A stretch of 21,139 nt of DNA. Source: Candidatus Baldrarchaeum yapensis (GTDB taxonomy: Archaea; Asgardarchaeota; Baldrarchaeia; Baldrarchaeales; Baldrarchaeaceae). The notes under the pieces were generated by a model. The model saw only the letters and a list, made by a program, of their open reading frames with translations, did not search any database and had not been told where the DNA came from. The DNA lies in contig JAEOSH010000042.1 of NCBI GenBank assembly GCA_016840465.1, positions 1 to 21,139 of the forward strand. The letters are read 5' to 3'. The translations under genes and the position numbers were made by a program. Of this stretch, positions 7,727-16,616 are shown piece after piece (position 1 is the stretch's first letter; each line of letters opens with the position of its first letter).

Positions 7727-8116
7727 TGCGTTTTTACAGAATACAAAACCGGAATCCGCTTGGAATATGAGAGACATCTTACTGTTATTGTTTGCCAAGA
7801 TATCTGTTCAAAAGAGGCGGGGTTGAAGGAAACCGATTACACAAAATTATGTGAAGGATTCCAAGGGGCTGGGGCCCTCTTTCACACAAAGGTGAGAAGA
7901 ATATTATTTAAGCATTACTAAGAAGGCGCACATAATGCGCTACTTGTGAGCGTTCGGTCGGCGTTTATCATGAGATTTAGTGGTCATATTTCAATTTTGA
8001 ACGGCTCAGGTGAGCAATACATGAGTATCACCGCTTAATCTGGCAATCCAAGCAGAGATTTATCAAGGCCAGCACGCAGGTCTACGGCTACAGTCCCAAG
8101 TGACAGTTTCTAGTCA

Positions 8117-8911
8117 TCACAGGATTTCCTCTAACCTCGGCGTAAGTGAGGAGTCCACCGTCACAAGGGCCCCTAGGGGGATCTCCTTCCAGCTTTCGTC
8201 CTCGGTCATCCTCTCGGACGAAATTATGACAGCTCTTTCTCCGGCTATGGCCTTCGACTCTATAAGCATTCTCGTCTGCTTCGAAACCGTATGTAGCGCG
8301 CGGTGCGACGGGGCCCTTTCGAGGTAATATAACGAGTAGTAATACACATCCACGGGCGCGTATCTGAACGCATAAAGCCGCATTCCATCGCTGAGCACGA
8401 AGTTCAGACCCCTATACTCTCGGCAGTTCTCGATTATCATACCAACGGCACTCCTTATTCCGGCGGAGAGGTCGCCCCCATGTCTATCGGCCTCCTGTAG
8501 TATCAGGTGGAAGTATCGCTCACTATCGGTATCTCCCACAATTCTGCGCTTATACTCATCCTCGAGGACGGTATCCAGCCAATTTCTGTCTATGTGCCCG
8601 TTATGGGCGAAGATGAAGTTCCGATATACGAAAGGATGAGTGTTCTCAATTTTACGCTCACCACAGGTCTTTAACCTCACATGTGCGATTATTATATTCG
8701 ATCGCACTTTTCTAATTACGCTATGCCCGCTTCTGCTCTCAAAAAGGGCGTTTACCTCCTTGTATACCCTTGCGGAGCCAGCCTCATACCACGCGATCCC
8801 CCAGCCGTCCTTGTGCACAAGACTTTGTAGCCTCAGCGATCTGGGCGCCTCGTAAAACGAAAAACTTACATCGACGGGCCTATTGGCGATGAGCCCGAAC
8901 AGACGGCACAT
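8117..8911 (-). CDS. Class II glutamine amidotransferase (Ntn hydrolase; YafJ/EgtC-like)
   Basis: N-terminal MCRLFG (nucleophile Cys2), HKDGWGIAWY, IAHVR, ENTHPF, FAHNG, GDTDSERYF. Confidence 0.92.
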   Translation of the reverse strand: MCRLFGLIANRPVDVSFSFYEAPRSLRLQSLVHKDGWGIAWYEAGSARVYKEVNALFESRSGHSVIRKVRSNIIIAHVRLKTCGERKIENTHPFVYRNFIFAHNGHIDRNWLDTVLEDEYKRRIVGDTDSERYFHLILQEADRHGGDLSAGIRSAVGMIIENCREYRGLNFVLSDGMRLYAFRYAPVDVYYYSLYYLERAPSHRALHTVSKQTRMLIESKAIAGERAVIISSERMTEDESWKEIPLGALVTVDSSLTPRLEEIL

Positions 8912-8947
8912 GGTTCTCCCTCATAAAAAATAAAGTGGAGAGGGTAT

Positions 8948-9400
8948 CTACTTTGGCGGGGTCGGGAAGAGGAACGTCCTCACCAGAGTCATCACCGGGG
9001 AAAGTACCAACACGAAGCCCAAGATTATTCCGAGTAGTCCAAGCACGAGCACCACGTAGAGCAGTATGCAGATGCACTCCTTGATCGCCGCGATCGCGAA
9101 TGGCACCATCACGAGTATATAGCCCACCACGCCGAGTGAAAGTCCCGCCGGTATTCCGGCCTCGAACTTCCCCTTAGGTAGCATGTTTGCGCCTGCAATT
9201 ATCGACACTCCTCCTATTATCCCGAGGATTCCTGCAAATATCAACATGTACGCCGCCGATGCCATTTCCTCTTTAGGAAGATAAACGGCGGCCCCATCTA
9301 TCAGCGCAAGCAACCCAGCGATCAAGAAGAGCACGCCCGTGCCCATCGCCGCACCTTTGAACTGCTTTGCCAGTTTTTCCCTCTCCTTCGGCGCCAGCAT
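8948..9400 (-). CDS. Hypothetical membrane protein, ~4 TM helices
   Basis: 150-aa ORF with four hydrophobic segments, upstream GGAGAGGAG SD-like site, 36 nt upstream of the amidotransferase on the same strand. Confidence 0.8.
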   Translation of the reverse strand: MLAPKEREKLAKQFKGAAMGTGVLFLIAGLLALIDGAAVYLPKEEMASAAYMLIFAGILGIIGGVSIIAGANMLPKGKFEAGIPAGLSLGVVGYILVMVPFAIAAIKECICILLYVVLVLGLLGIILGFVLVLSPVMTLVRTFLFPTPPK

Positions 9401-9959
9401 CCAACTCTCCTCTCCTTCCTAGTTTGGGAAATATGATACGATGACGGATTAAATAAAACTATCGTAGCGATCATGGATAGTTCGGGGGACTATGCCAGAG
9501 TCCTCACGTGCCTAGGAGCAAGCCGTATCCTCCTTACTCGCAATTAGTAAGCCGCTTGTGCACGATGTGGACTCCCCCTCAAATGATCAAAGTACCGCCA
9601 TGGATGTTGAATAATTCCCGTTATCTGGCCTCAGCGGTGGCGTATTTATTATTCCCTCCCCCATCAGCGTGTTCGGAGATTTTTCGAGCATTAAGTGACA
9701 AATATGATTAAAAGCTTCTTCGACCGGCGTCCCGATTCTTGCAAGAGACGTCCGAGCATAGTGCCTTTTCACCGCACTCATATTCTTCTTTAAACATTCG
9801 GTTACAAAACCCCGGTGTCGATCTCGATAATAACGTGACCTGTAACAGGGGCTCTTATCTTTCAAGAGGAGCGGTTGCCACATACGGATCGTACTCCTTA
9901 ACTGGCACTACCGCACATGGCGGAGTCCAATTCCCTTGACATCCGCAACCATCGAGACT

Positions 9960-10124
9960 TCAGTTGCCAGGAATGAATTTCCGCAACGCCGCTTTTAATT
10001 CGTCACCAAATTTCTCCGGTAAATGCTTCAGGAAAAATGTTTCGAAGTGCGTATCTGCAACTGTGGCGTCCCTTGTGCTATCTCCACAGATATCGGCATT
10101 TTCATCGTATTTATAATCGTGCAC
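9960..10124 (-). CDS. Possible small protein (54 aa) or gene remnant
   Basis: GTG start with GGAG upstream. MHDYKYDENADICGDSTRDATVADTHFETFFLKHLPEKFGDELKAALRKFIPGN has a protein-like amphipathic C-terminus. AT-rich TATA-like tract at 10161-10173. No recognisable family. Confidence 0.25.
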   Translation of the reverse strand: MHDYKYDENADICGDSTRDATVADTHFETFFLKHLPEKFGDELKAALRKFIPGN

Positions 10125-10210
10125 TCCGACGCTCCGCGCCCCGTTCTCGAGAAAACCAAAATTTTAATTTTATCCTTCTGCGTAATGTCTCTAACCCCCA
10201 CTCGGTGTGA

Positions 10211-10489
10211 ATGATGAAGTGGGCGGAAGTTTGGATCGGTGGCAAGAGAACCGGTGGTACCCATCGGGTTCCGATGATGTTAAGGGTCGAGGTAGCGGTT
10301 CCTAGAAACGTTGATATGCCCGCAGGCTTCAGGTTCATGGGAGTACTCGGTGATGGAAGGAGGCTCTTCGTATCGAGATGGGAGGAGGATCCGACCGCCG
10401 TGAGGGAAGAGGTTTTAGTGCTGGTTCAGCATTTTATGAGGCGGGGCGTGAAGGTCAGCGTCTTCAACTCCATAAGAAGGATAAGGTAA
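10211..10489 (+). CDS. Hypothetical small soluble protein (92 aa)
   Basis: Plausible composition, GGTGTG upstream, ends 9 nt before the dedA start; probably the first gene of the operon. Confidence 0.6.
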   Translation: MMKWAEVWIGGKRTGGTHRVPMMLRVEVAVPRNVDMPAGFRFMGVLGDGRRLFVSRWEEDPTAVREEVLVLVQHFMRRGVKVSVFNSIRRIR

Positions 10490-10498
10490 GGTGTCAGA

Positions 10499-11269
10499 AT
10501 GCCGTTAAGTGTCAATGGCGGTGGACAAAAGCCCGATGCCGCGCATCTAATCGCGGTGGATAGGTACCTCCTCTTCTTGATAGCCGTATCTTTGGGCATC
10601 GTTACCGCCACCGCCACCTTACCTATTTTTGAAAGCCTGCACTTCGGCATCGTCGAGTGGCTGGCAAACTTCGCAGTAGAGGTAATAGCAACGGCGGGCT
10701 ATCCCGGGGTTTTCTTTTTGATGCTGTTGGAAAGCGCGTTGGTGCCCATACCCAGTGAGGTGATCATGCCGTTCTCGGGGTACCTTTGCTATACGGGGCT
10801 CTTCGATTTCACAACGATAGTCCTCATGGGGGCACTGGGAAATCTAGCCGGTTCGTTAGTGGCGTACTTCCTAGGTTTAAAGTACGGGCGCGCGTTCATA
10901 GAAAAATACGGGCGTTATCTCCTGCTAAAGCGCGAGGTGCTCGACATCTGCGAGCGCCTGTTTGAGAGGTACGGGGACGTGATAGTCCTAGTTTCAAGGA
11001 TGCTTCCGGTCGTTAGAACGTATATATCCCTGCCCGCAGGCCTCGGCAGAATGAATCTGATACATTTCATCGTATATACGTTCGTGGGGTCGGTACCTTG
11101 GTGCATATTGCTGGCGTACATAGGATTCATGCTAGGACCCTATTGGGACTCGATGCTTTCATTCTTCAGGAAGTTGGACATCGCTGTCATAGTGATAGGA
11201 GTGATGGCGGTAGGATATCTCCTGTTCAGGTATAAATCTCAACATATCCCTGAGGGAGGATCACGCTGA
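10499..11269 (+). CDS. dedA: DedA family membrane protein
   Basis: LESALVPIPSEVIMPFSG, GNLAGSLVAYFLG and SRMLPVVRTYISLPAG are DedA motifs. Confidence 0.93.
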   Translation: MPLSVNGGGQKPDAAHLIAVDRYLLFLIAVSLGIVTATATLPIFESLHFGIVEWLANFAVEVIATAGYPGVFFLMLLESALVPIPSEVIMPFSGYLCYTGLFDFTTIVLMGALGNLAGSLVAYFLGLKYGRAFIEKYGRYLLLKREVLDICERLFERYGDVIVLVSRMLPVVRTYISLPAGLGRMNLIHFIVYTFVGSVPWCILLAYIGFMLGPYWDSMLSFFRKLDIAVIVIGVMAVGYLLFRYKSQHIPEGGSR

Positions 11270-12045
11270 TGTTTTGGGTATTAGTTCCCGTGCTGATCGA
11301 AGGCATCGGGGTGACTGCACTGAAATTTGTTGAAATCTTCCTAGTTCTGGGAAATACATCTGCAAATGATAGTAACCCGCGCGACGCAATGGCTCTGAGG
11401 TTATTTAAGGTACTTGTAATAGTACTCGGAGTGTTCGTGTTCTGCATGTTCCTTTACATTTCTGGAGCCGGCGCTGCCTTTCTCGAAATGGGATTGTTGC
11501 CGAAACTACTGATCGGAATGTTTTTCGGCGCATTTATCGGATACTCTGCGAACAGAGTTGCGATATGGATGTTGTTCCACCCGGCGAGACCCATAAACCT
11601 GGGTCCCTTCAAGATCCAAGGAATAATTCCGAAAAGGAAGAGGATGCTGGGAGAGAGGCTTGCAGATCTCGTGGCGAGGGACTTCCTATCCGGTGGTGAG
11701 ATAGTCCAGATAGTTGAGACCGCGCAGAGAACAGCACTCAGGAGAATGATATCCGACAGGATAAGCACTCTCCCCCTCCCTCGGGGAATGAGAGAGGGAC
11801 TCGTGGACTTCTTATGTGGCATAATCAGTGAAATAACAAAACGGTATCTGGAGGGACTCAAGGACCATATAGACGTACGCTCTTTTATAATACAGAAGAT
11901 AGAGTCCGTAAGCGATGAGGACTTCGACAGGATATTTAAGGAGGCGGTCGGCCGAGAACTGAAGTATATTTCGATAAACGATGCGCTTCTCGGAGCGATT
12001 GTCGGCATAGTGGAAATACTCGTGCTGGGCACAATACTGCATTAA
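11269..12045 (+). CDS. DUF445 (YheB-like) membrane-anchored protein with N-terminal extension
   Basis: GAFIGYSANRVAIWMLFHP...QGIIPKRKRMLGERLADLV and C-terminal ELKYISINDALLGAIVG match DUF445. TGATG stop/start overlap with dedA. Confidence 0.85.
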   Translation: MFWVLVPVLIEGIGVTALKFVEIFLVLGNTSANDSNPRDAMALRLFKVLVIVLGVFVFCMFLYISGAGAAFLEMGLLPKLLIGMFFGAFIGYSANRVAIWMLFHPARPINLGPFKIQGIIPKRKRMLGERLADLVARDFLSGGEIVQIVETAQRTALRRMISDRISTLPLPRGMREGLVDFLCGIISEITKRYLEGLKDHIDVRSFIIQKIESVSDEDFDRIFKEAVGRELKYISINDALLGAIVGIVEILVLGTILH

Positions 12046-12077
12046 AAAAATAAGGGAGCGATTGTGATAAGGTGTAA

Positions 12078-12710
12078 TTACTCTTTGAGGAACTTCTTCC
12101 AGTGGCCTCTCGTCAATTTAGAGAATCCATACGTGATGATGGGGTAAATGGCGAAGAGCATTATTGCGAAGATGTTCCACATAAACCCCGCGTTCCACGG
12201 ATCGGTAACTATTGTCTTCACAGTGGCTTTTCCTACCAGCTCTACCCCGACCATGTTCAGGAAGGAGTTCCACATGAAGTATGTACCACCTATTCCGTCC
12301 GCTGGCATTCCCCCAAACGGCAGGAGTTTGTCTCCCGCTATGTAACCTATTAGCGCTATTATCGGCGCCAGAACGACGTCTATTACGAAGAAAATCAGCA
12401 GGAGCACCGGAAACAGTAGGTACACGTATTTGTTCCTCATGAACCAGTAGAAAACAAGTGTCCCTAGCACGGCCCCTATCAGCGCTATCCCGAACGCAAG
12501 TGGTATGTTTTCCAGTGCCCTTATCCTCCACATGTTGCAGTACAGCGGAACCGCCGCCTGCCACCATCCTATCGACAAAATCCATGCCCACAGGCGCGAC
12601 CCCCTCTCCAAGGTCTTCATAACTCTTTCGTTTATCTCCATGGGGCAGAAAATGTAAGGGAACAGAAGCCCCAGAATCGCGAGTACTATTAGGTCGAGAA
12701 GGAAGGCCAT
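12078..12710 (-). CDS. Uncharacterised integral membrane protein (paralogue A)
   Basis: 210 aa, about 5 TM segments, GGTGAGG SD; shares motifs with 12722-13219. Confidence 0.85.
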   Translation of the reverse strand: MAFLLDLIVLAILGLLFPYIFCPMEINERVMKTLERGSRLWAWILSIGWWQAAVPLYCNMWRIRALENIPLAFGIALIGAVLGTLVFYWFMRNKYVYLLFPVLLLIFFVIDVVLAPIIALIGYIAGDKLLPFGGMPADGIGGTYFMWNSFLNMVGVELVGKATVKTIVTDPWNAGFMWNIFAIMLFAIYPIITYGFSKLTRGHWKKFLKE

Positions 12711-12721
12711 GACCTCACCCC

Positions 12722-13219
12722 CTACTTCTTTCTCATACCCCGTTTGACCTCGATATACCTTCTGGTTACCTCCGTTCCAATGTATGCGATTATCGGATAT
12801 ATCACGAACACCACGACTTCGAACGCAAGGTCTCCCAGGGGGATGAGATTACATTTGAGCTCCTGCATGCCCAGCATCAGCATTGCTTCCCACACTATTG
12901 CGTTCGCTATGAAGAGATCCAGCCACATTATCGCGAACATCGCAAGTCCGGGCCACACGCTTCCATAGTATACTGTGAACATCAGCCCTATGACGGCAGC
13001 GGCAATGAATGCGCTGAGCACGATGCTCGGGAATCCTCTCCAAAGCCCGAGCACCAGTGGAACGGTCACCTGCCACATGCAGATGGACCAGAAGAATGAC
13101 CAGCGCACCAGCCCGCGCTTCCAATACGGTATTGCACCGGGCAACGGGTACACGGGTTGCGTCAGGAAGGGGCCTATGAGTCCTAGTACGAACAGAACTA
13201 CTAGATCAACCACTAACAT
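12722..13219 (-). CDS. Uncharacterised integral membrane protein (paralogue B)
   Basis: 165 aa, about 5 TM segments; start overlaps the SDR stop by 14 nt; shares motifs with 12078-12710. Confidence 0.85.
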   Translation of the reverse strand: MLVVDLVVLFVLGLIGPFLTQPVYPLPGAIPYWKRGLVRWSFFWSICMWQVTVPLVLGLWRGFPSIVLSAFIAAAVIGLMFTVYYGSVWPGLAMFAIMWLDLFIANAIVWEAMLMLGMQELKCNLIPLGDLAFEVVVFVIYPIIAYIGTEVTRRYIEVKRGMRKK

Positions 13220-14378
13220 GTGCTACCCCCGCCTCCTTCTTCAACTCCTCCAGCATCTTGTGGCCTTTCGGCGCAAGAATTCCAGAGTCCTTTAGGGCCT
13301 CTAGAATTCCTACCTTGAAGTCCGGGTACTTGAACTTGTACCCGAGAGCCTTTATCTTCGAGTTGTCGAATATCAGCGAGTTGAATATCATGTTCAGCTC
13401 CTCGACTGTGAACTGGTGGGGCCATCCTCCGAAGAATCGGGGAATCCAGTCCATCAGGTAGAGGGCCTTCAACCCCATCTTCACTAGGCGGTCACTTGGG
13501 CATAACCACTTCAGCGGAGTTTCGAGCACCGCGTCCGCGCCGAAGGACAGCATATCCTGTATTGTCATCTCCGTGTCGAAGTTCAAGTTGAAGGCCTCAC
13601 CCTTCGCCTTCTCGTGGTTCTCGGCAAGGAAGATGGCCGCCTCTATCACATCCTCCAGGTGCACTATCGCCTTGTATCTTATCGGCTTTCTATAGAAGAG
13701 CATCCATCCTCTAAGTGCCTTCACAAATTTCCCTAGGGGTATTCCATAGAGCCCGAGGGCGAACCAGTGGGGTATCTTGTTGACGCTGTACACCCTACCA
13801 TATCCGAACGTTCCCGGACCTATTACCGTCCCTAACCTCATTATGATTATTGGTAGCCCTCTCTCCTCATAGTACTTCCAGCAGACCTTCTCCTCCTCAA
13901 CCTTCGCCGCAAGATACGAGAACTTCAGGTTCTCCTCGTGCTTTGGATCGGGATTATTTGGATCGCCGGGAAGTGGGTGATCCTCCTTTATCGGGAAGCA
14001 TTCCGGGCGATGGTGCAAATATCCATAAACGACCTCACTGCTCCACGTGACAACCGCTTTGGGCGCGCCCCTCGCCGCCTCCTCCAAAACATTTTCCGTC
14101 AATTGCTTTGTTATCCTAATCATAAGATCTCTAGGCGCGCCGAAATGGAAGATCGCGGCCGTATGAAATATGTACTCTGCATCTTCGAACGCCCCCTTTA
14201 TCGCCTCTCTGTCCGAAAGGTCTGCCTTGAACATCTCTACGTTTTCCAACCCCTCCAGTTTGTTCCACCGTGCGCCCGGTAGGTCTATCGCCCTCACCCG
14301 ATATCCCCGCTCCACCAACCTCTTAACAAGTAAAGCCCCTTGGAAGCCACATGCTCCCGTCACAACTGCAAGCGACAT
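13206..14378 (-). CDS. Extended SDR (NAD-dependent epimerase/dehydratase, 3-beta-HSD-like)
   Basis: TGACGFQG nucleotide-binding motif, acidic RAID, HTAA, catalytic Ser region WSSEVVYG, YLAAK (YxxxK), MRLGTVIGPG, VHLEDV. Confidence 0.92.
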   Translation of the reverse strand: MSLAVVTGACGFQGALLVKRLVERGYRVRAIDLPGARWNKLEGLENVEMFKADLSDREAIKGAFEDAEYIFHTAAIFHFGAPRDLMIRITKQLTENVLEEAARGAPKAVVTWSSEVVYGYLHHRPECFPIKEDHPLPGDPNNPDPKHEENLKFSYLAAKVEEEKVCWKYYEERGLPIIIMRLGTVIGPGTFGYGRVYSVNKIPHWFALGLYGIPLGKFVKALRGWMLFYRKPIRYKAIVHLEDVIEAAIFLAENHEKAKGEAFNLNFDTEMTIQDMLSFGADAVLETPLKWLCPSDRLVKMGLKALYLMDWIPRFFGGWPHQFTVEELNMIFNSLIFDNSKIKALGYKFKYPDFKVGILEALKDSGILAPKGHKMLEELKKEAGVAHVSG

Positions 14379-14441
14379 CTTAGAACCTCCTCTGAACCTC
14401 CAGCCCTTACCACCATTACGGAGAAAATGGTAAACCCCATG

Positions 14442-14452
14442 ATATATAAAGT
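14442..14452 (-). promoter_or_regulatory. Candidate TATA box of the SDR operon
   Basis: Minus-strand CTTTATATATC about 65 nt upstream of the SDR ATG; SD GGAGG precedes the start. Confidence 0.45.
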
Positions 14453-14695
14453 CTTCGTGTATAAGGTGCCGTCATGGGAAAATCGCCGGAGATAATTCTC
14501 CAAATCTGAAAAGTTTCACCTTTTCAACCGATCAATCTTTTCGGCTTTCCGACGGTATGAAAAATCGCACTCATTGGTTACGGAGACTTACCTCTCCGTA
14601 GCACCTATTCGTCGTATAGGTCAGAGGATCCGTCGCACATCGTGCCGCTGGGCAAATAATAGTTATATTTGGGGCGCAGAGTTAGGGATGGAGGA

Positions 14696-14968
14696 ATGGA
14701 CGTGAACGGCGTGATGCTCAATTTCCTGATCACACTATTGGTCTCATTCGTAGTACTCTTTGTAGCGGTCGAGTATCTCTGTAAGAACAAAAGCATCTTG
14801 CGGAATATGGGAGTCGCGGCTGTTCATGGCGATGGTAGTAGTTCTGATCATGTTCTCGATCGTGTGGTAGTTCTCCCTGCTCAATCTCATGCTCACGATA
14901 ATGACATTCGCCACCCTTGTGGTGCTGCTCATCGCGCTTTTTCCGCCATTTGGTGGCTATTGAGTTAA
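14696..14968 (+). pseudogene. Small ~3-TM membrane protein disrupted by two frameshifts and an in-frame TAG
   Basis: Frame 1 reads MDVNGVMLNFLITLLVSFVVLFVAVEYLCKNK. After a shift near 14790-14805 it continues IWESRLFMAMVVVLIMFSIVW*FSLLNLMLTIMTFATLVVLLIAL (TAG 14868-14870). It returns to frame 1 at the T5 run near 14940 as FSAIWWLLS*. TTATAT (about 14663) and GGAGG (14690) lie upstream. Confidence 0.65.
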
Positions 14969-15276
14969 GGGAGGCAATAATCGTGTTCTACGTGGTGCAT
15001 TTGTCCTTGCAGTAGTAATCTGCTGCCTTTCCTTCGAGTAGTTCTCCTTGGGAATGGTGTGACTGATTATGCATGGCGCTCATATTGATGGCATTTCGTC
15101 AACACATCGAATACCGAAAAGTTGCGTGACTGGCGACCGCATCAGTATACTTCGATAATTTCCACCATAGCGAAAATTTAGAAAGAATCTTTGCCTTTTA
15201 CATGAAATATGTCATATTAAGGTAAAATACGATAAGATAACCTTCATTAGTATGCATGAGAATATCTATCCTGTAA

Positions 15277-16593
15277 GTGGGCGAGATGGTGTCCATGCGC
15301 CACATAAAACCCGTGCGATACGATTTTGCCGCTTGGACACACCTCATTCCCGAATCCGAAATTCGCCGCCTTCTTAAATTTCAAGTGCCCTACTACTTCG
15401 CTGGCGGAAAGCCCGGCGTTCTCCCCCTTGAGATCTTCGCAAAGATCCTCATAGACCTAGGAACAGGGCAACTCGTGAAAATAGCCAGAGGCCAGGGAGG
15501 AGAGGTTATCGACGAGTACAACTACGGACCAACTGCCGGAATCAGGTCTTTCCGTGAAGTTCTGGCTGAGAGGCTCATACGAAAAGACAACATACCGCTG
15601 GGATCCGACGGTTGGGAAAAAGTGATAATTACAAGTGGATCCCAGCAGGCCCTCTATGGAGTACTCGATGTCCTCATAGACCCGGGAGATGCAGTGATCA
15701 CCCCAAGCCCTGCCTATCTTGGATTTTTAGGACCTGCTGTGAAGCTAGGGGCAAATGTTATATGCGTACCAACCGATCAGGACGGAATAATACCCGAGTT
15801 CGTGGAGGAGGCAATAGAAAAGGCGGTGAAGTCCGAAATCTTCCGGAAACCACCAGAAGTATTGTATGTCGTTGCGGACAGCGATAACCCCAAGGGGACA
15901 ACCTTACCAACCAAACGGCGGCAACAGCTGTTCGACATTGCAGAGCGGTGGAACATCGTGATAATAGAGGACGCCGCGTACAGGGAAATACAGTTTGAGG
16001 AGGAGAAGAGGCCCGCAATAAAGAGCTTCGATAAGGATAACGAGTGGGTGGTCTACGTAAGGAGCACATCTAAGGAGGCGGCCCCCTTTAGGATAGGGTA
16101 CACCGTACTGCCCGACGCGATCAGGGAACAGCTGGAGAAGGCCAAGGGATATCTCGATCTTTGCAGCCCCGTACTTGTTCAGAAAATACTCGAGATCTAC
16201 TACAAGAACTACATAGACGACTTCCTCAAGAAGGCGGTACCGATATACAAGAGACGATGTAAGGCGATGCGCGAGACAATAGATGAGACCTTCCCGGAGG
16301 GCGAGAGAACAAACCCCACTGGCGGCTTCTTCATATGGTGGGAGTCCAAGAAACCCTTCGACGCAAAGAAGTTCCTTGTGGAGGTCGCGGCACCCAATGG
16401 CGTCGTTTACGTTCCGGGAGCGGCATTCTACCCGATAAGGGGATACCAGTACAACCCGGACACGAAAGACTTCGAAAAGATAGTGCCGAAAACGAACACG
16501 ATGCGCCTAAGCTACAGTTATAACACCGAGGACGATATAAGGATAGGCATCGCAAAGCTTGGCGAGTTGCTTACCGAGTACCTTTCCTCATAA
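15277..16593 (+). CDS. PLP-dependent aminotransferase, class I/II (2-aminoadipate/aromatic aminotransferase-like)
   Basis: ITSGSQQAL, PSPAYLG, DNPKGTT, IIEDAAY, PLP-lysine motif STSKEAAPFRIGY, GGFFIW, VPGAAFY, MRLSYS. Confidence 0.93.
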   Translation: MGEMVSMRHIKPVRYDFAAWTHLIPESEIRRLLKFQVPYYFAGGKPGVLPLEIFAKILIDLGTGQLVKIARGQGGEVIDEYNYGPTAGIRSFREVLAERLIRKDNIPLGSDGWEKVIITSGSQQALYGVLDVLIDPGDAVITPSPAYLGFLGPAVKLGANVICVPTDQDGIIPEFVEEAIEKAVKSEIFRKPPEVLYVVADSDNPKGTTLPTKRRQQLFDIAERWNIVIIEDAAYREIQFEEEKRPAIKSFDKDNEWVVYVRSTSKEAAPFRIGYTVLPDAIREQLEKAKGYLDLCSPVLVQKILEIYYKNYIDDFLKKAVPIYKRRCKAMRETIDETFPEGERTNPTGGFFIWWESKKPFDAKKFLVEVAAPNGVVYVPGAAFYPIRGYQYNPDTKDFEKIVPKTNTMRLSYSYNTEDDIRIGIAKLGELLTEYLSS

Positions 16594-16616
16594 CCACTTT
16601 TGTTGATAAGGGGGAC

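Noticed and set aside
7727-8116. Intergenic stretch between convergent vapC and amidotransferase genes, including GCGCA-N5-TGCGC
   Set aside because: No recognisable ORF, repeat or stable structure.
5344-14968. Stop-codon reassignment, selenocysteine or pyrrolysine as the explanation for the in-frame stops
   Set aside because: All three stop types occur, often alongside frameshifts. Intact genes use TGG for Trp and terminate on TGA, TAA and TAG. No SECIS-like element or pyl/sel genes are visible.
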